Sequence record: OR805295.1
DNA length: 64,000 bases
Strand: one strand, 5' to 3'
Part shown: positions 18,647 through 28,294 of the stretch, one piece after another
How positions within the stretch are numbered: the stretch's first letter is position 1
How the letters are laid out: each line of letters starts with the position of its first letter
The notes under the pieces: model-generated
Database searches by the model: none
Told to the model about the DNA's origin: nothing
What the model saw: the letters and a program-made list of their open reading frames with translations, nothing else
Position numbers and translations under genes: made by a program

Positions 18647-21331
18647 ATGGCTATTAAAAATTTTAGCATAAGTGGCATCGGACGCGATGTCCAGCTAGGC
18701 AAAAAAGGCGGCCGCCTCTCTTTTACAAGCGGTGTATTTGCATTCACTAGTGACCTGGGCGGTACTAACTATGCACCTGTTATAGGCGGAACACCCCTAC
18801 AACCAGAACATTTAGCAACTAAAGCATATGTAGATTCTATAAGCGGCGGAATAAAACCACTCCAAAGTGTTTCAGTTTCTACACAACAGTCATATACTGT
18901 AGATGGTAATAATACTAATCCGGGAACAGGTGCAACTTGGGCTGCCGGTGTATTTAGTAATTTCCCCAGAACAGTAGACGGACATGTACTGGAAATGGGA
19001 AGTCGTGTTTTAGTTAGACTAGAAGGTATAACTATAACAGGTGACACACCTACTGTCAACGATGCTGGCGCAGCTAGAAACGGTATTTATATTGTTACTA
19101 ACGTAGACACGGAAAACAATACAGTTACATTAGACAGGGCACCAGATTCGGACGAAGATAATGAGTTTATATTTGGCTCATATGTTCTTGTAGAAAACGG
19201 TACTTCTGCAGGCGACGGTTATACTTTAACTGCACAATACGGTGGTTCAGAAGTTACTCCTCCTAACCAGATGAACGTTGATCCTCAATTCTGGGTAAAA
19301 TACACTTCTGCGGGCGCAACATATACTGCTGGCGCTGGCCTAGCGTTGTCGGATAATGAATTTTCGTTAAGTATTCCTACTTTATCGGATTTTACAGGCA
19401 CTGCTGCTGATACATTATCTCTAGCAGTATCTAACGGTACAACTAATAATAAATTAACAGTAAATAAATTATTTACTGATTTAGGAGTTGTTACTGCGTT
19501 AGGACAAACCGATGGTGTTATAGTAAAATCTGGTTCTAGCTATGTAAGTAGAACTATAGTTGCAGATACTACTGGCAATAAACTAGGTATTTCTGTATCT
19601 AATACAGACGGTTCTGCAGGAAATATAACAGTAGGGTTAGATGTAAATGGATTGACTGCCGTTTCCTCTGCACTAAACGATACTGATGTCCTCCCAATAT
19701 ACGATGGAACTAGTAACAAAAAGGTTTCTATAAGCCAATTAGCTGCCGAATTTACATCTGGTTTTTCTTCTAATAGTATTTCTCAATTAGATAGTTCTGT
19801 TGTAGTAACAGATACAGGAACTGACGGCACAATTACCTTTACTGCCGATAATACTGCGGTTGCTACTATTACTTCTGCAGGCCTTACTTCGTCTAATGTA
19901 ACTGCAAGTAACTTAACTAGCGGAAGAATAGTACTGGCAGGAACTTCCGGTCATTTAGAAGATAACTCTGCTCTTACTTTTTCTGCAGGTATACTGAACG
20001 TAGGATCACTGACTGTAGATAGTGCTACTAGTACAATTTCTACATCAGAAACAAATGGAAATATAGTTATTGCTCCAAACGGCACCGGTGAAGTAGTAAT
20101 ACAAGGCAACGGTAATGCAGAAATAAGTGCAGAACTAGGTGAACAACTAAGTCTACGCGGTGACGGTGTTATTATAGGAAACACTGCAAACACAGTAGAT
20201 TATATTACTGCAACAGAAACTAATACTATATTCTATTCTACATTAGCAAATAATATAGCTATTGCCGGTGCTGCTGCGAGTTCAAACCCGTCTATTACTG
20301 CATTAGGTTCAGATACAAACTTAGGTCTAAACTTAGGAGTAAAAGGCACAGGAAAAATTGTTGTTACTGGCGTAACAGCATCTGCATATTCTTCTGACTT
20401 AACTGACGCATCGTTAGTTAACAAACTATATGTAGATACTGCTGTTTCGGGTGCTTCTGGCAATATAACAGCACTACAAACAGAAGTAAATGCCATAGAG
20501 ACATCTGTAGGATTAAACACCGACGGAACTCTTTCTGCATATACCGGAACAAACTATTTAGACTCTGCAACTAGTATAAAACAGGCTACTACTTTACTTG
20601 ACGCACAAGTAAAAACTAATGCAGACGATATATTAGATAAAGCAGATCAAACAGAAGTAGATGCCATAGAGACTGCTGTTGGCTTAGGAACAGATGGTAC
20701 ACTAGCACCTTATACTGGAACAAATTATTTAAATTCTGCAACTAGTATAAAACAAGCAACTATTTTGCTAGATACACAAATAAAGACCAACGAAGACGAC
20801 ATAGCACTAAAAGCCAACCAAACAGAAGTAGATGCTATAGAAACAGGCGCTGGACTTAATACAGACGGTACTTATACTGCTGATGCAACTACTAACTATA
20901 TAACTACTGCTACAAGTTTAGCTAATGCAGACAAGTTATTAGATGCACAGATTAAAATTAATACCGATGCTATTGCACAACTGGGTTCTGCTGCAGGTTC
21001 AGTTCGTACTGTAAAATTAGAAAATATTCCGTTTGATACTGATAGTTCGACTCCCATAATAGAAGGAACTGATCTGCCTGCAAACGGCATTACTATCAAT
21101 AGTATAATATTTAAAGTAAATACCGCTGCTGATACTGCTGCATGGGCTACCGTAACTCATAATTCGGTTACACTAGCATCAGATACAACTAATGATCCGG
21201 AAGTAGTAGGATTGTATCAAGTCGATGTGTTCTCTGATTCAGTCGCTGGACAAGATATAACACTAACTATAGCTGCACATGGTGCAAGTACAGGTACTGT
21301 TACTGTATTACTCCAATATACAATTCTATAA
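18647..21331 (+). CDS. fibre-like virion protein with three tandem ~56-aa helical repeats
   Basis: VQLGKKGGRL...LATKAYVDS head region; three (L/D)QTEV(N/D)AIET..GL.TDGT...Y....NY...ATS repeats near the C-terminus. Confidence 0.7.
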   Translation: MAIKNFSISGIGRDVQLGKKGGRLSFTSGVFAFTSDLGGTNYAPVIGGTPLQPEHLATKAYVDSISGGIKPLQSVSVSTQQSYTVDGNNTNPGTGATWAAGVFSNFPRTVDGHVLEMGSRVLVRLEGITITGDTPTVNDAGAARNGIYIVTNVDTENNTVTLDRAPDSDEDNEFIFGSYVLVENGTSAGDGYTLTAQYGGSEVTPPNQMNVDPQFWVKYTSAGATYTAGAGLALSDNEFSLSIPTLSDFTGTAADTLSLAVSNGTTNNKLTVNKLFTDLGVVTALGQTDGVIVKSGSSYVSRTIVADTTGNKLGISVSNTDGSAGNITVGLDVNGLTAVSSALNDTDVLPIYDGTSNKKVSISQLAAEFTSGFSSNSISQLDSSVVVTDTGTDGTITFTADNTAVATITSAGLTSSNVTASNLTSGRIVLAGTSGHLEDNSALTFSAGILNVGSLTVDSATSTISTSETNGNIVIAPNGTGEVVIQGNGNAEISAELGEQLSLRGDGVIIGNTANTVDYITATETNTIFYSTLANNIAIAGAAASSNPSITALGSDTNLGLNLGVKGTGKIVVTGVTASAYSSDLTDASLVNKLYVDTAVSGASGNITALQTEVNAIETSVGLNTDGTLSAYTGTNYLDSATSIKQATTLLDAQVKTNADDILDKADQTEVDAIETAVGLGTDGTLAPYTGTNYLNSATSIKQATILLDTQIKTNEDDIALKANQTEVDAIETGAGLNTDGTYTADATTNYITTATSLANADKLLDAQIKINTDAIAQLGSAAGSVRTVKLENIPFDTDSSTPIIEGTDLPANGITINSIIFKVNTAADTAAWATVTHNSVTLASDTTNDPEVVGLYQVDVFSDSVAGQDITLTIAAHGASTGTVTVLLQYTIL

Positions 21332-21345
21332 GTTGTTTTAAATTA

Positions 21346-21372
21346 AATAAAGGGCCCTAGGGCCCTTTATTT
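21346..21372 (+). terminator. intrinsic terminator
   Basis: aataaagggccc-ta-gggccctttatt. Confidence 0.8.
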
Positions 21373-21503
21373 ATGTATAAACAGAGCAGATCACAAAACA
21401 CAATAAACTCATAAATACTTTCGTATAGTAAAATACTATGCACAGGAGTTCCTGCTCGGAGTAGAAGCTCCGAGCAAGGGGTTCTTTCGTGAGGAAACAA
21501 AAA

Positions 21504-21830
21504 ATGTCAGAGAACACTAAACCCCTAACTTCAGACAAAATGCTTAATTGGAAACCGCTGGCGGCATTAGTCTACTTGTTTATCTGCGTTATGGATTTTG
21601 TTGTTATGCCGGTCCTAGTCCATCAATACAACAAAGAAATGTTATCTAAAATTTCTAACTTATCTGAGCAAAATCTTGTTTTAGAAAAAACAGAAGTTTT
21701 AAAATTACAGAAATGGGAACCATTAACATTACAAAACGCAGGGTTGTTTCATATTGCATTTGGCACTATAATAACAGGTGCGGCAGTGTTTGGCGAAATT
21801 AGACAACGTACCAAATCATCTGGCTCTTAA
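21504..21830 (+). CDS. putative holin (GTA-type 3TM holin-like)
   Basis: WKPLAALVYLFICVMDFVVMP and WEPLTLQNAGLFHIAFG resemble this phage membrane-protein family. Alternative GTG start at 21489. Confidence 0.55.
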   Translation: MSENTKPLTSDKMLNWKPLAALVYLFICVMDFVVMPVLVHQYNKEMLSKISNLSEQNLVLEKTEVLKLQKWEPLTLQNAGLFHIAFGTIITGAAVFGEIRQRTKSSGS

Positions 21831-21849
21831 AATGAATAATACATACACA

Positions 21850-22025
21850 GTTTTAACCATTCGGGGTTTTGGTAGAACTTAAATAGAATACCCAAGCCCA
21901 GACCAGGCTTAAGTATTTTTAATTAATAGCTGACAGTCACACATAACATTGTATCACATATAGCTACTTGGTGCAAGAATACAAGTCGGAATTTGTTAGC
22001 TGACCCGCTTGGGTCAGCTCTTTGA
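21850..22025 (+). other. structured intergenic segment (candidate small RNA or cis-regulatory leader)
   Basis: Several hairpins, including agctgaccc-gctt-gggtcagct (21998-22019) and aagcc/ggctt (21894-21910). Confidence 0.4.
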
Positions 22026-22037
22026 TTGGATTAGACA

Positions 22038-22610
22038 ATGAGCATACTTACCTCTATATTAAATAATACTTTAAATTCAGTAGTGTTTGTTTATGGTAGA
22101 ATGAATCCCCCTACAATAGGGCACGGAAAAGTTATATCAGAAATGCTAAAGATAGCAAAAGAATATAATGCTGCGCATTGTGTGTTTTTGTCTCATTCTT
22201 CTGGAAATAAAAAAAATCCATTACTTTGGGAAGAAAAAGTATCATATATGAAAATGTTTTTTCCCGGGGTAAATATTAACGAATCTAAAATAAATAATCC
22301 GTTTTCTGCATTAGATTTACTTTCGAAAAAATATAAACACGTAACCTTTATTGCAGGAAGTGATAGATTAGAAGATTACAAGAGAAATATGCCTGCATAT
22401 GCAAAAAGTATAGGCATAGAATTAGATATAATATCGTCTGGTGATAGACTAGAAGAGAGTACTTCTATAGAAGGTGTAAGTGCGTCTAAAGCAAGAAAAT
22501 TAGTCTTAGAAAACAACTTTGAACTATTTTCTGAATTAATACCATCTGACGATATTGCAGAAAAAAGAAATTTATTTTTGCTGCTTCAAACTAGATTAAT
22601 GGATAATTAA
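22038..22610 (+). CDS. cytidylyltransferase-like nucleotidyltransferase (HIGH family)
   Basis: YGRMNPPTIGH, HSSG.KKNPL, IAGSDR and SASKAR motifs. Confidence 0.8.
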   Translation: MSILTSILNNTLNSVVFVYGRMNPPTIGHGKVISEMLKIAKEYNAAHCVFLSHSSGNKKNPLLWEEKVSYMKMFFPGVNINESKINNPFSALDLLSKKYKHVTFIAGSDRLEDYKRNMPAYAKSIGIELDIISSGDRLEESTSIEGVSASKARKLVLENNFELFSELIPSDDIAEKRNLFLLLQTRLMDN

Positions 22611-22612
22611 AT

Positions 22613-23560
22613 ATGTTGAAAATAAAAGGAAGTCCATCCGTAGGCAAAATATCAGCAACAATTAATAGACCGTTTTTAACTAAAACCTTAGTTACTACGA
22701 TGCCACAAAACATTGCAAATTTTACTGCAGGTTATGGTGGCGGAATGTTGCATATATTCGGGGGCGAAGCTGTTCCTAGTGTAGGCCAAATACAAATATA
22801 TAGACGATACAATATAGCAACCAATACTTGGTTAAGTCCTAGCGGAAACATAGGAGCCTGGGCATGGGGAGGAGGCGGCTATTACAATGGAAGTTTTTGG
22901 GCGCTGTGTGGCTCTAACAATGGATATAATACTTCGTATTTTCAGATAAACCCTTCCACTGCAACAGGTACACGATATACAGATATGGCCGGCGGTTCTA
23001 GAGGACAAGGAAGAACCGCATCAGTAGATAATCTAAACGTATTTGTTATAGGAGGTATTGGGCAAAATAATATAACAAATGCATTGTGTTATAGATTTAA
23101 TGCTAGTACAAGAGCATGGACAGTAAGAACAAGTATGCCATCGCCAAGAAATGGTCATACGATAGGATCGTATAACGGGAAAATATATGTACTAGGAGGC
23201 TGGAACGAAACATCAAACAATCTTTCAGACGTTCTAGAATACAACATATCTACTAATACGTGGACAACTTTACCCACTACAATACCCGGAGCACCTTCTA
23301 GCTGGTTCGGCGGGTTTGTATATAAACAATATGCTGTATACGGCGCGTCATCTTCTTCTAATACGCTTTTATTTAAAATATTAGATTTAAATAAAATGAC
23401 ATGGGAAATTTTAGATACCGGGTTGCCTCGCCGGTGGTCAGCAGAATATGTAGTTACAGAAACCGGTGTATATATGATAGGCGGTAGTAGTTCTTATCCT
23501 GGTGCGTCCAACTATTTTACTGCCCCTAGATATAACGAAATATATTTCTTCAAAGGTTAA
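22613..23560 (+). CDS. Kelch-repeat beta-propeller protein
   Basis: Repeated GG doublets with downstream Y/W (IFGGE, VIGGIG, KIYVLGG..EYNISTNTWT, MPSPRNGH). Confidence 0.85.
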   Translation: MLKIKGSPSVGKISATINRPFLTKTLVTTMPQNIANFTAGYGGGMLHIFGGEAVPSVGQIQIYRRYNIATNTWLSPSGNIGAWAWGGGGYYNGSFWALCGSNNGYNTSYFQINPSTATGTRYTDMAGGSRGQGRTASVDNLNVFVIGGIGQNNITNALCYRFNASTRAWTVRTSMPSPRNGHTIGSYNGKIYVLGGWNETSNNLSDVLEYNISTNTWTTLPTTIPGAPSSWFGGFVYKQYAVYGASSSSNTLLFKILDLNKMTWEILDTGLPRRWSAEYVVTETGVYMIGGSSSYPGASNYFTAPRYNEIYFFKG

Positions 23561-23562
23561 AC

Positions 23563-25473
23563 ATGAAATTAGGAAAATTTAATCATAACGGAAATTTACA
23601 TATAAAATATAGACCGGCACCGTTAGTCGATGTAGGTCCTGTCCTACAATATAAATTTCTAGCAAATGAACCATTAGACGAAGCAACAGAATCGATGTCG
23701 ATTTCGTCTGGTACAGTTTCTATACAAAATAGTTCGATGTATACTTCCGGCAGCACAGTAAACAATTATTTCTATAGAAAATTACCTAGTATACTTAAAA
23801 ATACCAAATTTACAATAGAACTGACAATAAGGTCAGAAGGCGAAATTCCGTCTACTAGTAATATAATAGGTACATGGAATCCATCTAACGAATTTTGGTT
23901 GTTATCTGTAATTAACAACAATTTAGTATTTCAGTGGAATAATGGAACTGCCACTACCGGTACTAGACAAGTATTTACATTTAGTAATGTACAAGTACCT
24001 TCAGACCAAGACGTCCATTTAGCCGTATGTAGAGATGACACTATGTTATATGGATTTGTAAATGGACAACTGGCAGGTTCGTTTGAAGTGTCATTTGCAG
24101 GACATACTAATGTTGTATCGGGGTCTATATTCTCTACAAGAAGCATGGCCACCACAAATAACTATTTTAATGGATATAGAAAAAATATTAGAATAGTAAA
24201 TGACAAGGCATTATATGTTGCACCATTCACACTAGCTAGCGTAACTATGGCTGATGTAAAGCCAGACTACTATACCCCGGAAGATGCTAGCTTAGTAGTA
24301 GGTCAAATAACATGTAAACGAAATTCATTGTTCCAAGAAACTATGAATACTCCTACTTTACTACTTACGGGTTTATCTAATTCTACAACAGGACGATTTG
24401 TAACAACTACTAATAATACTTCTGGCTTCCAATTTTCTCCTGTAACAAATTGGCAATCGGGTGATTACACAATAGAATTATATATAAACTTATCTACAGT
24501 AGGCGCTGGCGGCGCCATACTAATAGGTCAATGGACATCTTCGGGTGGCACCGACATCGGATGGTCTATTTCTATGCAACAAAACGGAAGCGTCAGGCAT
24601 TTCTATTCCACTGACGGATTATACGACCAAGCAAACGGTAACTCTGGAGTATTGCAAGCACCTAATGGTACTTTAGTATTAAACAAAGATACCCATGTAT
24701 GTGCAATGAGGAAAAATGGAGTAATAGGATTATTTGTAGATGGTGTTAGACTAGCCCAGGTAAACGAGGCAAGGCCATTATGGAATAGTCAAATACCCAT
24801 TAGAAACACATGGACTGCGCCAGCAGATGGATATGCATTAGCAGAACGCTGGAATATAAGATGTATTTCTAAAGCAATGTATGATATAGACGGTTTCGTT
24901 CCGCCGGTTCGTTTACCTACATTTCCTAATTTATTAACAAATACAGGTAGTTATTCGCGCTCTGTGTTGTCTGGCACAACTACTACAGCAGATACAATGG
25001 GAAATATTATACAATTTAATTCTTCAGGACAAACATCCGGCGGCGGCTACCAAAAATATTTTATATATGGTTCTAAAAAAGTAGAAATAATAGGAAATAC
25101 CATATCTTCAGATTCAACACAACAAATGAGATATGGCTTATCAAACACAACTCCTACCACATTTGCAGAGTCAGAATCTGATTTTAATTCCGGTACATTC
25201 CCGTATGCGTATGCCGATAGAATTAACAGTGTCATTCAAATAGTTAAACAAGGTAGTGTTATAGGTAGTTTGCCTCATTCTACTGCCAACCACACCTTTA
25301 AAATAACATATGATTTCGAAAATAATCAGTTTACTTATGCAGTTACTTCTGGCACTGCACAAGGACAATCTGTTACTACAAGTCTAGATTCTACAATAAC
25401 ACAGAATACTAAGTTTGCAGTATGTGGGACCAAATCTAATATACAAATAACTTCTGTAAAAATACAACAATAA
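23563..25473 (+). CDS. protein with two LamG/ConA-like lectin domains
   Basis: Two copies of (F/Y)TIEL.I...HxAV(CR)/(MR)....L.GFV(N/D)G. Confidence 0.75.
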   Translation: MKLGKFNHNGNLHIKYRPAPLVDVGPVLQYKFLANEPLDEATESMSISSGTVSIQNSSMYTSGSTVNNYFYRKLPSILKNTKFTIELTIRSEGEIPSTSNIIGTWNPSNEFWLLSVINNNLVFQWNNGTATTGTRQVFTFSNVQVPSDQDVHLAVCRDDTMLYGFVNGQLAGSFEVSFAGHTNVVSGSIFSTRSMATTNNYFNGYRKNIRIVNDKALYVAPFTLASVTMADVKPDYYTPEDASLVVGQITCKRNSLFQETMNTPTLLLTGLSNSTTGRFVTTTNNTSGFQFSPVTNWQSGDYTIELYINLSTVGAGGAILIGQWTSSGGTDIGWSISMQQNGSVRHFYSTDGLYDQANGNSGVLQAPNGTLVLNKDTHVCAMRKNGVIGLFVDGVRLAQVNEARPLWNSQIPIRNTWTAPADGYALAERWNIRCISKAMYDIDGFVPPVRLPTFPNLLTNTGSYSRSVLSGTTTTADTMGNIIQFNSSGQTSGGGYQKYFIYGSKKVEIIGNTISSDSTQQMRYGLSNTTPTTFAESESDFNSGTFPYAYADRINSVIQIVKQGSVIGSLPHSTANHTFKITYDFENNQFTYAVTSGTAQGQSVTTSLDSTITQNTKFAVCGTKSNIQITSVKIQQ

Positions 25474-25498
25474 GTCCTTTAAATTAGGAAAAATTTCA

Positions 25499-25527
25499 TT
25501 GACTAACTCCGTTTACACTAGTATAAT
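25499..25527 (+). promoter_or_regulatory. sigma70-type promoter
   Basis: TTGACT-17 bp-TATAAT. Confidence 0.8.
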
Positions 25528-25553
25528 ATATGCAATGTTTAACGGAGTTAACA

Positions 25554-25829
25554 ATGACTGACATTAATCCAAATTCTCGCCACTACTCTGCTGAAGACGT
25601 CCGGCGAATTAAACAGTTAGTTTCTGAAGGCATGCAAGTCATGCAAGAAATTGAAGATTTAAAAACCGGACTAGCAGAAACAGTTAAAGCAATTGCAGAA
25701 GAAGTAAATGTTAAGCCTTCCCAGCTTAATAAAGTTATTAAAATCGCACATAAACGTTCTTTAAACGAAGAACTAGATAAGATTAATGAAGTAGAAGAGA
25801 TTCTAGACGCAATTAAAGAAGGTCGTTAA
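25554..25829 (+). CDS. small dsDNA-binding protein (T4 DsbA / GapR-like)
   Basis: Helical 91 aa with KAIAEEVNVKPSQLNKVIKIAHK; ATG 25554 has a GGAG RBS. Confidence 0.55.
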   Translation: MTDINPNSRHYSAEDVRRIKQLVSEGMQVMQEIEDLKTGLAETVKAIAEEVNVKPSQLNKVIKIAHKRSLNEELDKINEVEEILDAIKEGR

Positions 25830-25841
25830 TATTTTCAAAAC

Positions 25842-25870
25842 AAGCCGTGCTTTTGCGCGGCTTTTTATTT
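25842..25870 (+). terminator. intrinsic terminator
   Basis: aagccgtgc-tttt-gcgcggctttttattt. Confidence 0.7.
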
Positions 25871-25882
25871 TGTAGGACAATT

Positions 25883-28294
25883 ATGTACATCGATATTTTC
25901 GAAGATAAGAAAAATGAAATACTTCTAGTTGCAGAACGATCTGCAGGCAAACGAATATACAAACAATACCCTATAGATCATACGTATTACATATTAGATG
26001 CAAACGGACCGTATAAAGATATATTCGGTAATAATGCTAAAGCAATTAAGCCATCTAGCATAAATGAAAAAATGACTCAAATGAAAATGCTAGATTTTTC
26101 GCAAACGTGCGAAATAGACGTCAGGCCAGAATTTAGATGCCTGGAAGTAAACTATAAGAATGCACCTATGCCAGATTTACATGTTGCATTCTTCGATATC
26201 GAGACCGCGTTTGATCAAAAACGCGGTTATGCTGACCCGGCTGATCCTTTTAATCCCATTATATCAATATCTGTATATTTGCAATGGATGCAGCAAATGG
26301 TTTGCTTAGCATTAGCACCAGAGACTATATTGCCAGAAGATGCACAACGCATAGCATCGGAAGTAGGCGAAACAATTATATGTAAAAATGAAAAAGAAAT
26401 GCTAAGTATGTTTATTGACTTAGTAGAAGATGCAGATATTTTATCAGGTTGGAACTCAGAACGTTTCGATATTCCCTATACTTTTAACAGAATTGTAAAA
26501 TTATTAGGTAAGAATGAACTAAGAAAATTATGCCTTTGGAATCTTATGCCCAAGAAGCGCAATATTGAACAAGAAGGCGGCAGTAGTTTTGTTACATTCG
26601 AAACGTTTGGTAGAATACATTTAGATTATCTCCAATTGTATAAAAAATATAATTACGAAGAACGTCATAGTTACTCGTTAGATTCTATTTCGGAAATTGA
26701 ACTAGGTGAACGAAAAGTTCCATACAACGGAACATTAGACAAACTTTATAAATATGATTTTAAAAAGTTTTTAGAATATAACATTCAAGATACTCGACTC
26801 CTAGATAAGTTAGATAGAAAATTAAAATATATAGATCTAGCTTCCACTATTGCACATAGTAATTGCATTCCTATCCCTACTGTTATGGGTGCAGTAGCTA
26901 CAACCGAACAAGCAATTATAATCGAAGCACATAATAACGGCATGATAGTGCCATCTAGGCAACGTTTTAAAAACAATGATACACTTAAAGCTGCAGGCGG
27001 ATGGGTAGCATATCCTAAAGTAGGACTGCATAGAGATATTGGCTCCAGTGACTTAAATTCTCTGTATCCTTCTGTGTTAAGGGCACTAAACATGAGTCCA
27101 GAAACTATTATAGGACAAGTTCGGTTAACACTTACTAACCCTGCAATCGAAGAATGGTGTGCAAAAGGCGGAACAAAACATACATTTGCTGCATGGTGGA
27201 ACGATAGGTTTACCACTTTAGAAATGGAATATGTGTTAAACAAAGACAGGGGTACTATATTAACGTTAGATATGGCAGACGGGCGTTCGTTTGAACTGTC
27301 AGGTGCCGAAATATACGAATTAGTATTCAACAGTGGTCAGAATTGGCATATCAGTGCTAACGGAACTATATTTACACAAGACAGGGCAGGTGTAATTCCG
27401 TTACTACTTACAAGATGGTATGCAGAACGTAAAGGGATGCAGAAAATTGCATCAGATTATAATTCTTTAGATAAAGAACACCATAGCGACAAAACTGTAT
27501 TTTTAGAAGATAAATCAGTATTAGATGGAATATGCGTAGGCGAAGTCGAATTAGCAGACCATTATAATATTAATGATGTATATGTTGCAGCTACATTAAA
27601 AAAACTTGTCGAATCAAAAAATTGGCAAGAAGTAGCAATATATATGAAAAAGTATGGACTAGAAGTGTCGTCTGACAATTCAATTGTTATGTCAGATTCC
27701 CATATGCAAAACGAATATTACGAATATTGGGATAAAGCCCAGTTAGTTCGTAAAATTGGATTGAACAGCTTATATGGCGGACTACTTAACGAACATTCTA
27801 GATTCTACGATAAAAGACTAGGGCAGAGTACTACACTCACAGGGCGCTGTATCACTAGACATATGGCTTCTAAAACAAACGAAATGTTCACTGGCATTTA
27901 CGATCACGAAGGCGATTGTGTAATTTATGGTGATACAGATAGTGTAGATGGATCAACTATCCTAAATACTTCTCTAGGTAAAATAACTATAGAAGAATTG
28001 TTTAATGTGTCTGACAAGCATGTAGTTCATGCAGAAAAAGAATTTGCTTCAAATGAAGATGTTATGGTAATGTCGTGGGACAATTCTGCAAAACAACCAT
28101 ATATGGGGCATATAAACTATGTGTACCGCCACGAAGTAGAAAAAGAGTTATTCGAAATAGAAGACAACAACGGAAATAAAGTTATTGTAACCGAAGATCA
28201 TTCTATTATGGTTATACGTAATGCAGAACTACTAGAGGTTAAACCCACAGATTTAACAGATAGTGATATAATATTATCTATTGTATATGAATAA
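25883..28294 (+). CDS. polB: DNA polymerase family B, N-terminal part fused to split-intein N half
   Basis: ExoI FFDIET, ExoII GWNSERFDIPY, ExoIII YNIQD, motif A SSDLNSLYPS, motif B KIGLNSLYG, then YGDTD followed by intein sequence. Confidence 0.95.
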   Translation: MYIDIFEDKKNEILLVAERSAGKRIYKQYPIDHTYYILDANGPYKDIFGNNAKAIKPSSINEKMTQMKMLDFSQTCEIDVRPEFRCLEVNYKNAPMPDLHVAFFDIETAFDQKRGYADPADPFNPIISISVYLQWMQQMVCLALAPETILPEDAQRIASEVGETIICKNEKEMLSMFIDLVEDADILSGWNSERFDIPYTFNRIVKLLGKNELRKLCLWNLMPKKRNIEQEGGSSFVTFETFGRIHLDYLQLYKKYNYEERHSYSLDSISEIELGERKVPYNGTLDKLYKYDFKKFLEYNIQDTRLLDKLDRKLKYIDLASTIAHSNCIPIPTVMGAVATTEQAIIIEAHNNGMIVPSRQRFKNNDTLKAAGGWVAYPKVGLHRDIGSSDLNSLYPSVLRALNMSPETIIGQVRLTLTNPAIEEWCAKGGTKHTFAAWWNDRFTTLEMEYVLNKDRGTILTLDMADGRSFELSGAEIYELVFNSGQNWHISANGTIFTQDRAGVIPLLLTRWYAERKGMQKIASDYNSLDKEHHSDKTVFLEDKSVLDGICVGEVELADHYNINDVYVAATLKKLVESKNWQEVAIYMKKYGLEVSSDNSIVMSDSHMQNEYYEYWDKAQLVRKIGLNSLYGGLLNEHSRFYDKRLGQSTTLTGRCITRHMASKTNEMFTGIYDHEGDCVIYGDTDSVDGSTILNTSLGKITIEELFNVSDKHVVHAEKEFASNEDVMVMSWDNSAKQPYMGHINYVYRHEVEKELFEIEDNNGNKVIVTEDHSIMVIRNAELLEVKPTDLTDSDIILSIVYE
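27941..28291 (+). mobile_element. split intein, N half (117 aa, Ser1, no Cys)
   Basis: Begins SVDGSTIL immediately after YGDTD; block B IVTEDHS; ends at stop codon 28292-28294. Confidence 0.92.

Noticed and set aside
5785-21099. Many 60-150-aa minus-strand ORFs within the fibre and structural genes
   Set aside because: Antisense by-products of the biased codon usage of T/S/G/N/D-rich proteins.
5696-21331. Diversity-generating retroelement or invertase-driven fibre switching
   Set aside because: No reverse transcriptase or recombinase in the window, and the repeats show no adenine-specific mismatches or inverted orientation.
25847-25882. GTG start for polB at 25847
   Set aside because: Lies inside a terminator hairpin; ATG 25883 has an AGGA RBS.
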